Below, piece by piece: positions 28,210 to 38,500 of a stretch of 64,000 nt of DNA. A program made the translations under genes and the position numbers. Each line of letters starts with the position of its first letter. The stretch's first letter is position 1. The notes below the pieces were generated by a model. It was given only the letters and a program-made list of their open reading frames with translations. It was not told the DNA's origin and searched no databases. Source of the stretch: an uncultured virus (IMG/VR IMGVR_UViG_2941446319_000001) (lineage: Duplodnaviria > Heunggongvirae > Uroviricota > Caudoviricetes); IMG/VR virus record IMGVR_UViG_2941446319_000001, one strand, 5' to 3'.

Positions 28210-28935
28210 CTACTTGCCGAGCGCGCCGAGCTTGGCGAGGATCTCGTCCTGCTTCGCCTCGATCCGGTCCAGCCGCTGCTGGGTCCGGTCCTGCTCCGTC
28301 TCCAGCTCCTGCAGAAAAGCCGCAGGCGAACGCTCCGACTCGGCGTCCTCACCCTTGTTCATCTTGATCCGGGCGTCGTGCCAAAAGGCGTTAACGTCCA
28401 TGTCGTCGTCCTCCTCGATGGCCTGTGAGCCGCTGGGGCCCTTGGTAAAGGTGCCGTCCCGGACGAGCCGGTACAGGCTGTCCCCGGGGCAGGAAGTGCT
28501 GTAGAAGTCGCGGTGGCCCTTCACCGCGCCGGCGACGCCCTTCGACATCAGCCACGCGCGCAGGCCGCGCACCGCCTCAATCTGAGCGGCCGTGGGCTTC
28601 TCGCCAGGGCCGGACATGAGCGTCACGCTGTACCAGTCGGCGTTGCCGCCCGGCTGTGCCGCCTGGATCCGGTCCAGGCCGCGCCCCTCGAACACCTTGC
28701 CGTGCGGGCACGCCCCCCACGAGTAGCCGATGTCGGCCCATCCACGGTTCGACCCCATGTGGAACTTCCGGGTGCGACGCCAGTAGTCCACGCAGGACGC
28801 GTGCGGCTTGCCCGCCAGGTTCTGGTCAGAGCCGTCGTAGTGGATGACTAGCCCGCGCGTGGGACGTGCGGTCGAAGCGCCGGAAGCGCCCCACCCGAAC
28901 TCGCTGCGCTTGATCAGCTGCATGTTCCAGGTCAC
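28210..28935 (-). CDS. Endolysin, N-acetylmuramoyl-L-alanine amidase (PGRP/Amidase_2)
   Basis: LVIHY, GWADIGYS, FEGRG, GHRDFYSTSCPG. Confidence 0.92.
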   Translation of the reverse strand: MTWNMQLIKRSEFGWGASGASTARPTRGLVIHYDGSDQNLAGKPHASCVDYWRRTRKFHMGSNRGWADIGYSWGACPHGKVFEGRGLDRIQAAQPGGNADWYSVTLMSGPGEKPTAAQIEAVRGLRAWLMSKGVAGAVKGHRDFYSTSCPGDSLYRLVRDGTFTKGPSGSQAIEEDDDMDVNAFWHDARIKMNKGEDAESERSPAAFLQELETEQDRTQQRLDRIEAKQDEILAKLGALGK

Positions 28936-29276
28936 CCCTGTTTCTGATGCTCTCGACGCTTAGCGCGCCAGGTCCGGATGATGATGGTGAGCCTCCACGC
29001 GAGCACGACCGGGACGCCGCTGAAAGCGATCAAGCGCAGGGCGACGAACCACCGCCCGTCCGGGACCGCCAACCGCAACGCCCACAGCGACAGACACACC
29101 GCCAGCACAAGCTGAAACGCCATCACATGCCTGCCGGACGGCGTCTCCCACCAACGGGCCAGCAGCGCCTGAGCCGCCACACACGCGACAGCCAGCAGCG
29201 CCGACACCAGCACCAGTACGGTCCCCACCAGATAGGCGGTCCCGTCAAGCACGGCTACCACCCCCAAAAGCGTCAT
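28932..29276 (-). CDS. Putative holin
   Basis: Three TM helices, WWETPSGRHVM, coupled to endolysin. Confidence 0.75.
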   Translation of the reverse strand: MTLLGVVAVLDGTAYLVGTVLVLVSALLAVACVAAQALLARWWETPSGRHVMAFQLVLAVCLSLWALRLAVPDGRWFVALRLIAFSGVPVVLAWRLTIIIRTWRAKRREHQKQG

Positions 29277-29457
29277 CGAACAGCTCCGAGAATCCGTTCG
29301 CCTCCCGCAGGCGCCGCAACCTGGCTGCGATCGAGCGGGCGCGTGCCGCCCTCTCGCGGGCCAGCCTCAGGTCCTCTTCGGCGCGCTGCCGGGAATCCTC
29401 GGCCGCACGTCTGGCCTCGTCTATGTCCGGCAGCCTCTCGTCCTCGTGGTCGTTCAC
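29245..29457 (-). CDS. Small lysis-cassette protein
   Basis: Coiled ORF ending LREANGFSELF; overlaps both neighbours. Confidence 0.65.
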   Translation of the reverse strand: MNDHEDERLPDIDEARRAAEDSRQRAEEDLRLARERAARARSIAARLRRLREANGFSELFDDAFGGGSRA

Positions 29458-29807
29458 GATCCGGCCCCGATTTGCCGCGACCGGATCTCAGCCAGGAGTA
29501 CGGCAGCCACTTGGGCTCCTTCCGTGGAGGCCAGCAGCGCCGCCCGGATCTCTTCGGCGTGCGCACGGCGCGTCAGTTCGTGCGCCTCGCACTCGCGCAC
29601 GTACAAGGCCCGCCACTCGTCGGCGTCAGCGTTCGCCTCAGCCACCCGGGCGTCCCGGTCGGCCCGCACGTCATCGAGGGTGGCGCGGGTGGCGAGCGTG
29701 GACGGCACGAGGTGGCCCTTGAACACCATCCAGCCGACCAGCCACAGCACGCCGAGCAGGACGCCGAACGCCCCCAACTGCACGACGGGGATCTGCGTCC
29801 ACTCCAC
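29454..29807 (-). CDS. Membrane protein of the lysis cassette
   Basis: One TM then GHLVP and a coiled coil. Confidence 0.7.
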   Translation of the reverse strand: MEWTQIPVVQLGAFGVLLGVLWLVGWMVFKGHLVPSTLATRATLDDVRADRDARVAEANADADEWRALYVRECEAHELTRRAHAEEIRAALLASTEGAQVAAVLLAEIRSRQIGAGS

Positions 29808-29915
29808 TCACAGCCTCCAACAGAAGAAAAAGGGGGGCTGACATGGGGAAAGGTGGTGGCCGCCCGTGCCCTTGGGGGCGCATCAAGCCCTGCGCGGGCG
29901 GCCACGATCGAGGGG

Positions 29916-30323
29916 TCAGGCCATCAGCCCGACCGCCCGCAGCGCGGCGCGGAGGTCCAGGCCGAAGGTGCGCAGCATGGTGAGGTCGTCCTGCACTGCC
30001 TCGCCGTTGGCGCGGTTGTAGGTCTCCGGCCACGAGTTCGGCGTGGACAAGCCCGACATGCCGCCTACATCCGCTGCCTGAGGTACCGGCTGCGACAGCA
30101 GCGAAGTGGTCGTGCCGGAGGAGTCTTTCCAGAACGGTTCCCCGGCGGTGGCGAACAGATGCCCACCAGCGGCGGGTGTGGACGGGCTGGCCACGTTGCC
30201 GATCACCCAGCCTTGCGAGGCGGTCGTGAGGCCGGACCGCTGATGCAGCAAAGCCTTCAGTTCAGCCACTTCGGCTTGGAGCTTGCGGATGTCGGCGAGA
30301 ACGTCACCCGGGTACTTGTCCAT
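29916..30323 (-). CDS. Minor tail / tail-tip-associated protein
   Basis: Position after the Tal-like gene; N-terminal coiled coil. Confidence 0.6.
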   Translation of the reverse strand: MDKYPGDVLADIRKLQAEVAELKALLHQRSGLTTASQGWVIGNVASPSTPAAGGHLFATAGEPFWKDSSGTTTSLLSQPVPQAADVGGMSGLSTPNSWPETYNRANGEAVQDDLTMLRTFGLDLRAALRAVGLMA

Positions 30324-32146
30324 CAGGCCACCTCCAACCCCTCGAAGATCAGTTGCGCTTCTTCTTTGCCGGACTGCTTGCTCGTCGGGGTGATGCCGAT
30401 GCCGATGATCCGCCTGACCCGGCTATGGGGCAGGTGCCATTCGTTGTTGAAGTACAGGCGTGCCTGATCCCCGAGACTGTTCGGGGTGAAGGACGGCTCC
30501 GCCCCCAACGCGACCGTCACCGAGTCCACCCGCAACGCGCCCGCTGCTGTCGCCGCCCAGTAGGTGGCGTAGTCGTCCAGCGTCTGCTGCACGATCACGG
30601 AGTTGTAGTTGAGCGTCCGGTCCAGGCGAGGCCAACCGGCGCTGAGATGCGCTGCGGCTTCTGCCGGCGCCGACATGAGCGGGGTCGAGGTGGTGGAGGC
30701 GTCTGCCGCCTCGGCCGGGTCGATCCCGCCACGTGCCCGCCAGATGGTGCCGCCGCGGAGCGCGTCGAGTTCTTCGTCCAAGTCGAGGATGTCGCCGCCG
30801 TTCGGCGAGTCGACGAACACGTGCTCGACGCCCGCTGATCCAAGCGTCGGGTATCCCCACACCCAGTGCCGTTCCACTCCCGCTGCCCCGAGCACGTGGT
30901 TGATCGTCCACTCGAACCCGTTGTCGAGCTGGGCGAGTTCGAGGAGGCGCTGCCCGTAGGTGGCTTCGTCCGGCTTGTAGGTGTGGTCTCGGACGACGCC
31001 GGACGTGCCCTCCTGCAGCACCAGGTTGAGGCTGGCGTGCAGCTGCCCCTGCATGTGCTGGATCAGGGACCGGGCGATGTCGATCTGGTCGTCGCCGACG
31101 TACTCCAGCAACTCCTGCAGCTCGACGTGCAGCAGGTAGGCATCCATAGTGGATCCGCGCAGCTGGATCGTCGGGGTGCTGCCGCGGGAACGGCCAGTCT
31201 TGGTCGCGGTGATCCAGTACTCGCCCCAGATGGCGCCGTCGCGGTAGATCTCGCAGGTGATCACACCAGGGCCAATGGACAGGTCGGTGATCCCGCCTGT
31301 CCCCTCCTGGTCCCGTGGGATCACTCGGCCGACCCGTTGGGCGACCGTCCGGTTCGGTACCGCGATCTGCGCGGAGAACGTGCCCGCCTGCAGAAGCCGC
31401 TTGTCGAAGCGGACGTTGGACAGTTCGAGGTCGTCCAGGTAGGTGCCGCCCCAGTCCCGAAAGACGTACCGGTACTGCGACGTGCCCACGCCCGGCGTGA
31501 ACGGCGGCGGCGGATCCGGGACCGGCCCCAGGACGGCGGACCCGATCGAGATGGACACGCCCAGCCCGAACCGGGTACCGGTCGGAGCGACCCCGAACGA
31601 CTTCAAGCCGGACGCCGTACTGGAGTTCAGCTGCCGGCTGGCCGCCGCCGAGGCGATGAACCCGGCCGGCGCGTTGATGGTGCCGCGCATCTGATAGTTC
31701 GACGGCGCCGTGAACGTCACAGCCGTCGGGAACGAGCTCGTACAGCCCGCCCTGATCTCCAGGTGCGACGCAGACGCCGGGCTCACCGACGGGGTGACGA
31801 GCGTCTCGGCGAAGTTCAGCGCGAACTGAACCTTCGGCGCGGAGGTCGTGTCGGCGTCCTTGACGCAGATCACGTGCATGGTGCCGTCAGCGTTGATCGG
31901 CTGCCCGAACGTGTACTGCGACGATTCGCCGCCCGTCGCGACTTTGCGCAGCACCCGGCAGGCCATCTCGTCGGCGTTGCGGCTGGCCGTGTTCGTCCAC
32001 CCGGAGGAGTTCACCCCGGACAGGCCCGAGTCGCCGAAGTAGATCGCGATCAGCAGGTCGCCCGCCTGCACCCCGGACGGGCGCTGGACGATGATGGGGC
32101 CGCCCTGTTCGGCGCCGGTCGAGGAGGAACGCACGCTAGCAGCCAC
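30323..32146 (-). CDS. Minor tail (Tal/hub-like) protein with extra N-terminal beta domain
   Basis: N-terminal RPSGVQAGDLLIA domain; C-terminal YRDGAIWGEYWI, LAQLDNGFEW, AGWPRLD typical of actinophage minor tail proteins. Confidence 0.75.
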   Translation of the reverse strand: MAASVRSSSTGAEQGGPIIVQRPSGVQAGDLLIAIYFGDSGLSGVNSSGWTNTASRNADEMACRVLRKVATGGESSQYTFGQPINADGTMHVICVKDADTTSAPKVQFALNFAETLVTPSVSPASASHLEIRAGCTSSFPTAVTFTAPSNYQMRGTINAPAGFIASAAASRQLNSSTASGLKSFGVAPTGTRFGLGVSISIGSAVLGPVPDPPPPFTPGVGTSQYRYVFRDWGGTYLDDLELSNVRFDKRLLQAGTFSAQIAVPNRTVAQRVGRVIPRDQEGTGGITDLSIGPGVITCEIYRDGAIWGEYWITATKTGRSRGSTPTIQLRGSTMDAYLLHVELQELLEYVGDDQIDIARSLIQHMQGQLHASLNLVLQEGTSGVVRDHTYKPDEATYGQRLLELAQLDNGFEWTINHVLGAAGVERHWVWGYPTLGSAGVEHVFVDSPNGGDILDLDEELDALRGGTIWRARGGIDPAEAADASTTSTPLMSAPAEAAAHLSAGWPRLDRTLNYNSVIVQQTLDDYATYWAATAAGALRVDSVTVALGAEPSFTPNSLGDQARLYFNNEWHLPHSRVRRIIGIGITPTSKQSGKEEAQLIFEGLEVA

Positions 32147-32175
32147 GACTGCACCCCCGAACGGTGGAATCGGAT

Positions 32176-33249
32176 TTACAGCCAGGCGTCCCGGTACAGC
32201 GCCACGGCCAGGTCGCCGCCCGCGTCGCCGCTGTAGGTGACCCGGTTCGTTCCGGGTCTCAGGGTGAAGTCGACGATCGGCGCGGACGTGCCGGTGATGG
32301 TCGAGGTGACCGGCTCGCCGCCCACGGTGGCGGTGCCCTCAAACGTGTTGATCACCAGTTGTTCACCCGCGAGGACGTCGAGGGCGAACGCCAGCGTCCT
32401 GCCGGTGTCGGCGTTGGCGAAGGTCGGATTCGTGACCGGGCCATCCACGCGGATCCGAGGATGCGTGGAAGTGTTGCCCGCGTTCGACAGCACCGTCTGA
32501 ATGCCGACCGGCACGTTCACGCCGGTCTGCTCGATGTTGTACCGGCGAGGATCCGCGCACGCGATCAGCACCGTCACGGTGGGCAGGCCGGCGTTGTAAT
32601 CGCCATCCATGTCCACATCCCGGTCGATCACCTGCCCGTAGGCGACCTGCGGATCGCCGTACCCTCTAACCACCAGAGGCAGCGGCGCCTCAGACTCGGG
32701 CAGGCCGGTGACCAGGTCGATCTGCGTCAGCATGTCGTCGATCTGGCTCGGGTTGGATCCCGAGTTGGGTTGCAGCCGGAGGGTGACGAGCCGCTGCTGG
32801 GAGAGTTTGCGGCCATCCCACGCGCCATGCTGGGCGGGCCGGGCGACGTTGAGGTTGTCCACCTGCGGCAGGCCCCGCCACCCTTCTACCGGCAGCAGCA
32901 CGGCCACGTCCGTGCCGGGCCCCCACAGCGTGTAGTTCCACTCCACCTGCCCGGCCGTGGTGACGAGGTCGCCTGCGACAAGCGGGATCGTGACCGTGAT
33001 CGCCGGCCACTCGCTGACCGTCTCGAAGGCGGGCAGCGTGAAGTTCTGGTCGAACGCCAGCGTCAGCGCCGGCCACTCCGAGAGGGTCTCGAACGGACCG
33101 AGGAACAGGTTGACGTTCGGGGTGGTCACCGTGACCGGCGGCCACTCGCTGACCGTCTCGAAGACGGGCAGCGCCACATCGACCTGCAGCGTGTACGGCG
33201 CCCTGACCACGATCGGACGGTTCGGCCTGGCGCGGCCTAGACGAGCCAC
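32176..33249 (-). CDS. Distal tail (Dit-like) protein with N-terminal repeats
   Basis: ACADPRRY, NAGNTSTHPRIRVDGP, LRPGTNRV, YRDAWL; three FETxSEWP repeats. Confidence 0.75.
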   Translation of the reverse strand: MARLGRARPNRPIVVRAPYTLQVDVALPVFETVSEWPPVTVTTPNVNLFLGPFETLSEWPALTLAFDQNFTLPAFETVSEWPAITVTIPLVAGDLVTTAGQVEWNYTLWGPGTDVAVLLPVEGWRGLPQVDNLNVARPAQHGAWDGRKLSQQRLVTLRLQPNSGSNPSQIDDMLTQIDLVTGLPESEAPLPLVVRGYGDPQVAYGQVIDRDVDMDGDYNAGLPTVTVLIACADPRRYNIEQTGVNVPVGIQTVLSNAGNTSTHPRIRVDGPVTNPTFANADTGRTLAFALDVLAGEQLVINTFEGTATVGGEPVTSTITGTSAPIVDFTLRPGTNRVTYSGDAGGDLAVALYRDAWL

Positions 33250-33262
33250 CCGCCACCCCCCA

Positions 33263-33967
33263 TCACCAGTTGGCGGCGCGGCGAACCGCGGCAGTCGACA
33301 CGACCGGGCGCCGGGTCTGCGGCACGCCCGCCGACGCGACCGCGATCGTGAACCCGTGCCGGAAGCCCAACGTGAGCAGCGACGTGAAATTGAGTGACCC
33401 GGTCGCAGCCCCGGATGTGAGCTGCTTGGACGCGAGAGCGCCCGTGCTGTTGCCGCCCGCCTGCAGATCGGCTTCTTCGGTGTAGGTGGCGGGGACCGTC
33501 CAGGTGATGGTCTCGAAGTCCGGCTGACCCGACACCCACCGCAGTTCCAGGTCGTCATCCCCTGCCGGGGTAATGCCGGGCGACGGCACCGACGTGGAGA
33601 ACGCGTCATTCCCGGTCTGGGCGACCACCGGCGTCAGCGCCGTGTTCGCGCCCATCACGGCCGCGATCGCGATCACGCCCGTGCTGCTGCTGTTCTGCGT
33701 GAACCCGTAGTTCGCCGGCTCACTACCGCCTGCGACCTTCCACCAGATTTTCGTCTTGTTGTCGTAGTCGGTCCCCGAAGCTCGGGTCGCCAGCGACTCC
33801 CACGTGGCACCACCCGTCGGGGTGCCCATGTTCGCCAGCGTCCCCTGGACCATGCTGTGGCAGGCGATCAGCACGTCCCCGGAGACCGCACCGGTCGGCT
33901 TGGTGACGTTGATCGACCCGACCGCGTCAAGCAGGCCGGACGACACCGCGCGCACGCTTGCGGGCAT
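33263..33967 (-). CDS. Virion structural protein (beta-rich domain)
   Basis: KPTGAVSGDVLIACH..WWKVAGGSEPANYGF..SVPSPGITP. Confidence 0.65.
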   Translation of the reverse strand: MPASVRAVSSGLLDAVGSINVTKPTGAVSGDVLIACHSMVQGTLANMGTPTGGATWESLATRASGTDYDNKTKIWWKVAGGSEPANYGFTQNSSSTGVIAIAAVMGANTALTPVVAQTGNDAFSTSVPSPGITPAGDDDLELRWVSGQPDFETITWTVPATYTEEADLQAGGNSTGALASKQLTSGAATGSLNFTSLLTLGFRHGFTIAVASAGVPQTRRPVVSTAAVRRAANW

Positions 33968-34435
33968 CTAGCACCGCTCAAACCACATGGCGGCCCGCAG
34001 GGCGACCGCGTCCGCAGACGTGCACCGGACCGCGAACCCCTCACCCAGCGGCGAATCCGGGGTGTCACCCAGCGGCCAGTCGTACATGACCAGCCCACCA
34101 TTCGGCGACAGCAGGAACTCCTCCAGCACCGTCACCACCGTCGGCACGCTCGTCCAGTTCGACGCGGCCAGAAACCCGGTCGCGGCATGCCGGCCGTACA
34201 CCTGCCGCGGCGTCACGGGCGAGGAGTTGGTGCCGGGCGCGTTCGTGGCGAACGTGACAGCGCACAACTCCACCAGCGTCGGCGCGTCGGTCGCGTCTAC
34301 GCCGTTGAACCCGATCCGGAGCTTCTTCAGGTCCACGCCGTACTCGGTCCCGGCCTGCACGCCGAGCACGTACTTGAGCGTCGAGGCGACCAGGGACACC
34401 GAACCCGACGTAACGACGTAACCGCTTTTGGCCAT
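33968..34435 (-). CDS. Putative virion structural protein
   Basis: Tightly packed in the tail operon. Confidence 0.6.
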   Translation of the reverse strand: MAKSGYVVTSGSVSLVASTLKYVLGVQAGTEYGVDLKKLRIGFNGVDATDAPTLVELCAVTFATNAPGTNSSPVTPRQVYGRHAATGFLAASNWTSVPTVVTVLEEFLLSPNGGLVMYDWPLGDTPDSPLGEGFAVRCTSADAVALRAAMWFERC

Positions 34436-34436
34436 G

Positions 34437-34754
34437 TCAGTGCACCACGATCAGAACGCGAATGCCGGAAAGGACCTGGGAGCCGGGGTTGTGCGCCCAG
34501 AGCCGGAAGTGACTCATCTCCAGCCGAAATTCGGCACCAGCGGCCAGGACGTAGCCTGCATCTGCCAGTCCACCTGGATTTGCCGTCATGTTCATCTCGC
34601 CGCCGAGGTAGACGGGGCCCTCTGAGAAGTTCTGCACGATGACCAGGTGGCGCGGTGTGTACTCGGGGAGCATGTTCAGCCCCACCACCTCGCGGTACAG
34701 ATCCTTGTAAGCGTTTAGGCCCACACTGAGGCTGTTCTGGAAGATCCGCATCAT
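34437..34754 (-). CDS. Hypothetical tail-region protein
   Basis: AAGGAG RBS plus ATG. Confidence 0.6.
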   Translation of the reverse strand: MMRIFQNSLSVGLNAYKDLYREVVGLNMLPEYTPRHLVIVQNFSEGPVYLGGEMNMTANPGGLADAGYVLAAGAEFRLEMSHFRLWAHNPGSQVLSGIRVLIVVH

Positions 34755-34809
34755 GCTCCTTACATGCGAAAACCCCCGCACGCTGGCGAGGGTGGAAGGT
34801 CGAAAGTGG

Positions 34810-35274
34810 TTAGGCCGCGGTGCGCCACACGGAGCGCCATACGCCGTCAGCATTGAAGGTGACGTCGAAGCTTCCGTCCTGAGATGCGTATTCTTGCCCG
34901 AGGTCGCGGAGCAGCACGGCCCTGTTGGACAGGCCCGGCACGTAGATGAGCAGGCCCCGGGCGGAGATCGTCGCCGACGTCCAGCCGATCGCCGACATCT
35001 TCCAGCCGATCTTGTTGGCCGCCGTCAGCTCCGCGAACGAGGTGACGGTCAGATTGACGCCACCCGCCGTATAGCCGGGCCCTGACGTCTCGTTCGCGTC
35101 GTACGGAGACGCCCCATAAGCCGGGCTCACCTGCGAAAAGTCCGGGGTCAGCGCCTCCTCGAACAGCGCCGCCTTGAACGTGCCCGGAGTCGTATTCGAC
35201 AGATCGAGCGCGATCGTATTCGACAACGCTGCGATGATCGTGTCGTTGAACCAGCCGTCCTGCGTGATCGCCAC
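34810..35274 (-). CDS. Virion structural protein, paralog of 58043-58504
   Basis: KAALF..TPDFS..ANETSGPGYTAGGVNLT. Confidence 0.7.
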   Translation of the reverse strand: MAITQDGWFNDTIIAALSNTIALDLSNTTPGTFKAALFEEALTPDFSQVSPAYGASPYDANETSGPGYTAGGVNLTVTSFAELTAANKIGWKMSAIGWTSATISARGLLIYVPGLSNRAVLLRDLGQEYASQDGSFDVTFNADGVWRSVWRTAA

Positions 35275-35284
35275 CGTGCGCCCC

Positions 35285-35524
35285 CTACCTCAAATTGATG
35301 CGCACGTCGCGGTGGTAGCCGCCGCGCTCGTCGGTTCGTTCGGTCACCACGTGACCGTTCTGGTCCATGACCCGCTTCTCTCGGGGCGTGTCCACCAGCA
35401 CCTGATCGCGGGTGGCGGACGTCCGCTCACCCGTCACCACATCCACGCTGCGGCCCTCACCGAGCGGCTCACCGCCCCGCATGTAGGCGCCAAAAGGCAC
35501 ACCCGACTCCGGATCCCAAGGCAT
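35285..35524 (-). CDS. Small protein, paralog of 58719-59003
   Basis: ATRDQVLVDTPREKRVMDQNG. Confidence 0.65.
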   Translation of the reverse strand: MPWDPESGVPFGAYMRGGEPLGEGRSVDVVTGERTSATRDQVLVDTPREKRVMDQNGHVVTERTDERGGYHRDVRINLR

Positions 35525-35564
35525 GGCTGAACCCGCCCTCCTACTCGAATGTTGAAGGGCGGGC

Positions 35565-38500
35565 TTAGCCGCGCCCGCCGAGATGCATGCTGGCCTGCGC
35601 GAACAACACCGCGGCGTCCGCGCTCTCCCGCACTACCAGGTCCGGGAACGTGACCGTCTTGTTCACCACCGTCGAAGCACCAGCCGCCCCGCCCGGGCCA
35701 GCGCTGCCGCCACCGGGCGGTGTCGCATACCCGCGGGAAGGGCCCCGCTGGGGGGCAGACACCCGAGACGAGTTGGCCGGCGCACCCATCGACCCGGCAG
35801 AGGGGCCGGACACGAACTTGCCGCCGAAATCGCTCGCCACCTGTGACACCAGATCCATCGCCCGATCACGGAACGCGGGATCGTAGGGAATGAACGCCTC
35901 CGGCCCGTTGCCTTCGCCGTACAGGATCGTCGGCGAATCGGCGATGTGCGGGGCAGGAGTGGCACGCCCACCCGAGGCGAACTTCTGTAGGCCGCCCTCG
36001 GCGTAGCGCATGATCGCACCAGCCGCCAACTGGCTGTTCTTCGTGTAGACATGCAGCGGGATCTTGCGACCGCTGTTGAGCTTGACGAAGTTGTCGATGG
36101 CCTCCTGCGCCGGCTTCACATCCGCGCCGACCCGAATGTCCTTCGACTTCAGCTTGGCCAGGACTTCGACTAGGTTTTGGCCGCCCTTCGCAGCCTTGAT
36201 CGCGTCGGACTCGGAGATGCCGTACGCCTTGGCCAGCTCCAGCACCTGATTGCGCGCGGCCTCATTCTTCCCAGCCAAGTCGATCATCGCCGGGAGCTGC
36301 CGCAGCACCGCGTCACGTGCCTCGGTGGTCCTGCCCGTAAGCGTGACCTGGCCCTCCGCCGACAGGCGGACCTTCTCGACGTACCCGGCGAAAGCGTCAC
36401 GCGCCTGGATGACTGCGTCACGCTGTGCGGCAGTGAGACCGGGCGTCAACGTCAGCTTGCCGTTGGCGCCGTCGATCGCCGTCTTGGCGTCGTTGAACGC
36501 CTTCTCCATGTCGCGCACGGTGGCGGCGGCGTCCGTCTGCGAGTTGAACTCGTCCAGCGACGCCCTAAAGACGCCCAGCCGTTCGGCCGCTTGGCCAATC
36601 TCGCGTTGTGCCCCGTTCACCTGCCCGCCCAGCAGTTCCACTGCCGTGCCGACTGCTCCGGTAGTCGCCGGGATGCCGTCCATCGACGCGGCGTACTGCG
36701 GAAAGAGATCTTTCAGCTTCTCCACCGGCGTACCGGCTGCGATCGCCTGATCGGCGAGCCGCTTGAAGGTGACGGCGGCCTGCTCTGCGTTGCCGCCGGC
36801 GACCAGCTTGGACAGGGACGCGTCGAAGTTGTCGACCGCCTGCTTACCGTTATCAAGCTGGATGCCAAGTGAGGAGTCGATCGTGTCGCCCAGAGTGTGC
36901 ATGAACCCGAGGATCGGATTGTCGCTCGACAGCCGGGCGGCCGAATCGGCGAACGTTTCGATGCCGCCGGTCAGCCCCGCCATCTTGGGGGCGAGCTGAT
37001 CGAGCACATCCTGAGTGGCCTGGCCGCTCTCGCCGAACTTGGCAAGGTTGGTGGCGAGCTTGTCCAGGTCCGGGTTAAGGCCAGCCGCCGCGTCGCCGAT
37101 CTGGTCGAACGCGATCGCGACGCCCGCCACAGTGGCAGCGATCAGGCCGCCCTTGCCGAACACCCCTGCCAGGTTGGCGAGTTTGCTCTGGGCTCCCCCG
37201 GCCTTCTTGCCCGCCCCCTCCACGGCCTCGCCGAAGCTGCTGAAGAAGCCAACGGCACCGCTGACGGCCTGGAAGCCCTTCACCGCGACGACCACGGCGG
37301 CGATGGCGACCGCCAGCGCCTGGATCTGGCCGGGGCTCATCTGGCTGAGCACCTCGGCCAGGAGGACGAACGCGCCAAGCTTGAGCGTCGTTCCGAGCTT
37401 GGCGGCGGCAAAGATCAGGCCGATGCCGGTGGCGATCGCTTGGATCTGGCCAGGGTCGAGGTCCGCCAGCTTCTCCGACAGTTGCACGAAGAAGTCCAGC
37501 GCGCCTGGGCCAACGTCCGCCCCGACCTGCACGATCTTGCCTGCAAAGGTGGCGATGTTGCCGAAGATCTCCGCAACCTTCGGCCCGTTCTCGCGGACGT
37601 AGGCGATGAACGCCTCAAACTCGGGCGACCCGTCGAGGGACTGCCCCCAATCCTCGAACTCCTGGGTGATGTCCTCCAGGTTGTCCATCAGTTCGTCAGT
37701 GAACGGCAGGAACGCCTGCACGATGCCGGTGAGCCCGCCGGCCACGTTCAGAGCGCTGTCGCCGAGCCCGTCGATGGCGCGCGGCGCCTGCTCGGTCAGG
37801 TCGCGGAAGAAGCTCTGCCACTGCTCGGACTTCAGCTCCTTGTTGGCCTGCTTCAAGAAGTCGTCGAACGCTGCCGCACTGGCCTTGACCAGCGGGGTGC
37901 TGGTCTTCATGCCGGTCGACATCAGGTCCATGCCGCTGCGGATCGCCGGGAACACGTCCGGCTGCAGGCTCCGCTGCCACGCGACGTAGCCGTCCTGGAA
38001 CGCCTTGACGTCCTTGGCCAAGGCTCGCTCGGCCTTGGACAGCTCCGCCATCTTGGAAGCGGCACCGCCAGCAGCCCCGCCAGCGGATTCCATCGCGGCC
38101 TTCTGCTGCAGCTTCAACACGGTGAGCTGCTTGGACGCCATCGCCAGGTCGGTCTCGGCCTTCAAGAGCTTGTCCTGCGCGGCCCGAACCTGGTCGGATC
38201 CTTCGACGCCGGCCTTGGCGGCTTCCTTCTGGTCTTCCTTCAGGCGCTTCGTTCGGACGGACTGCTCTTCCAGCCGCTGCACCGACATGCGGTAGTTGAG
38301 TTCGGCGCGCTTGACGTCGAGCTCGTCGGAGTCGGGGTCGGTCTGCACCTCGGCGAGTCGCTGCCGCGCCTCTTCCACCGACAGCGCTGCGTCCTGCTCC
38401 GCGAGTGCGGCGTCCTTCACCGACAAGGTGAGGTCGTCGAGCGCCCGCTTGGCGTCCCGTCGTGCCCGCGTCAGGTCTTCCTGGGCCTGCTTGACGCCCT

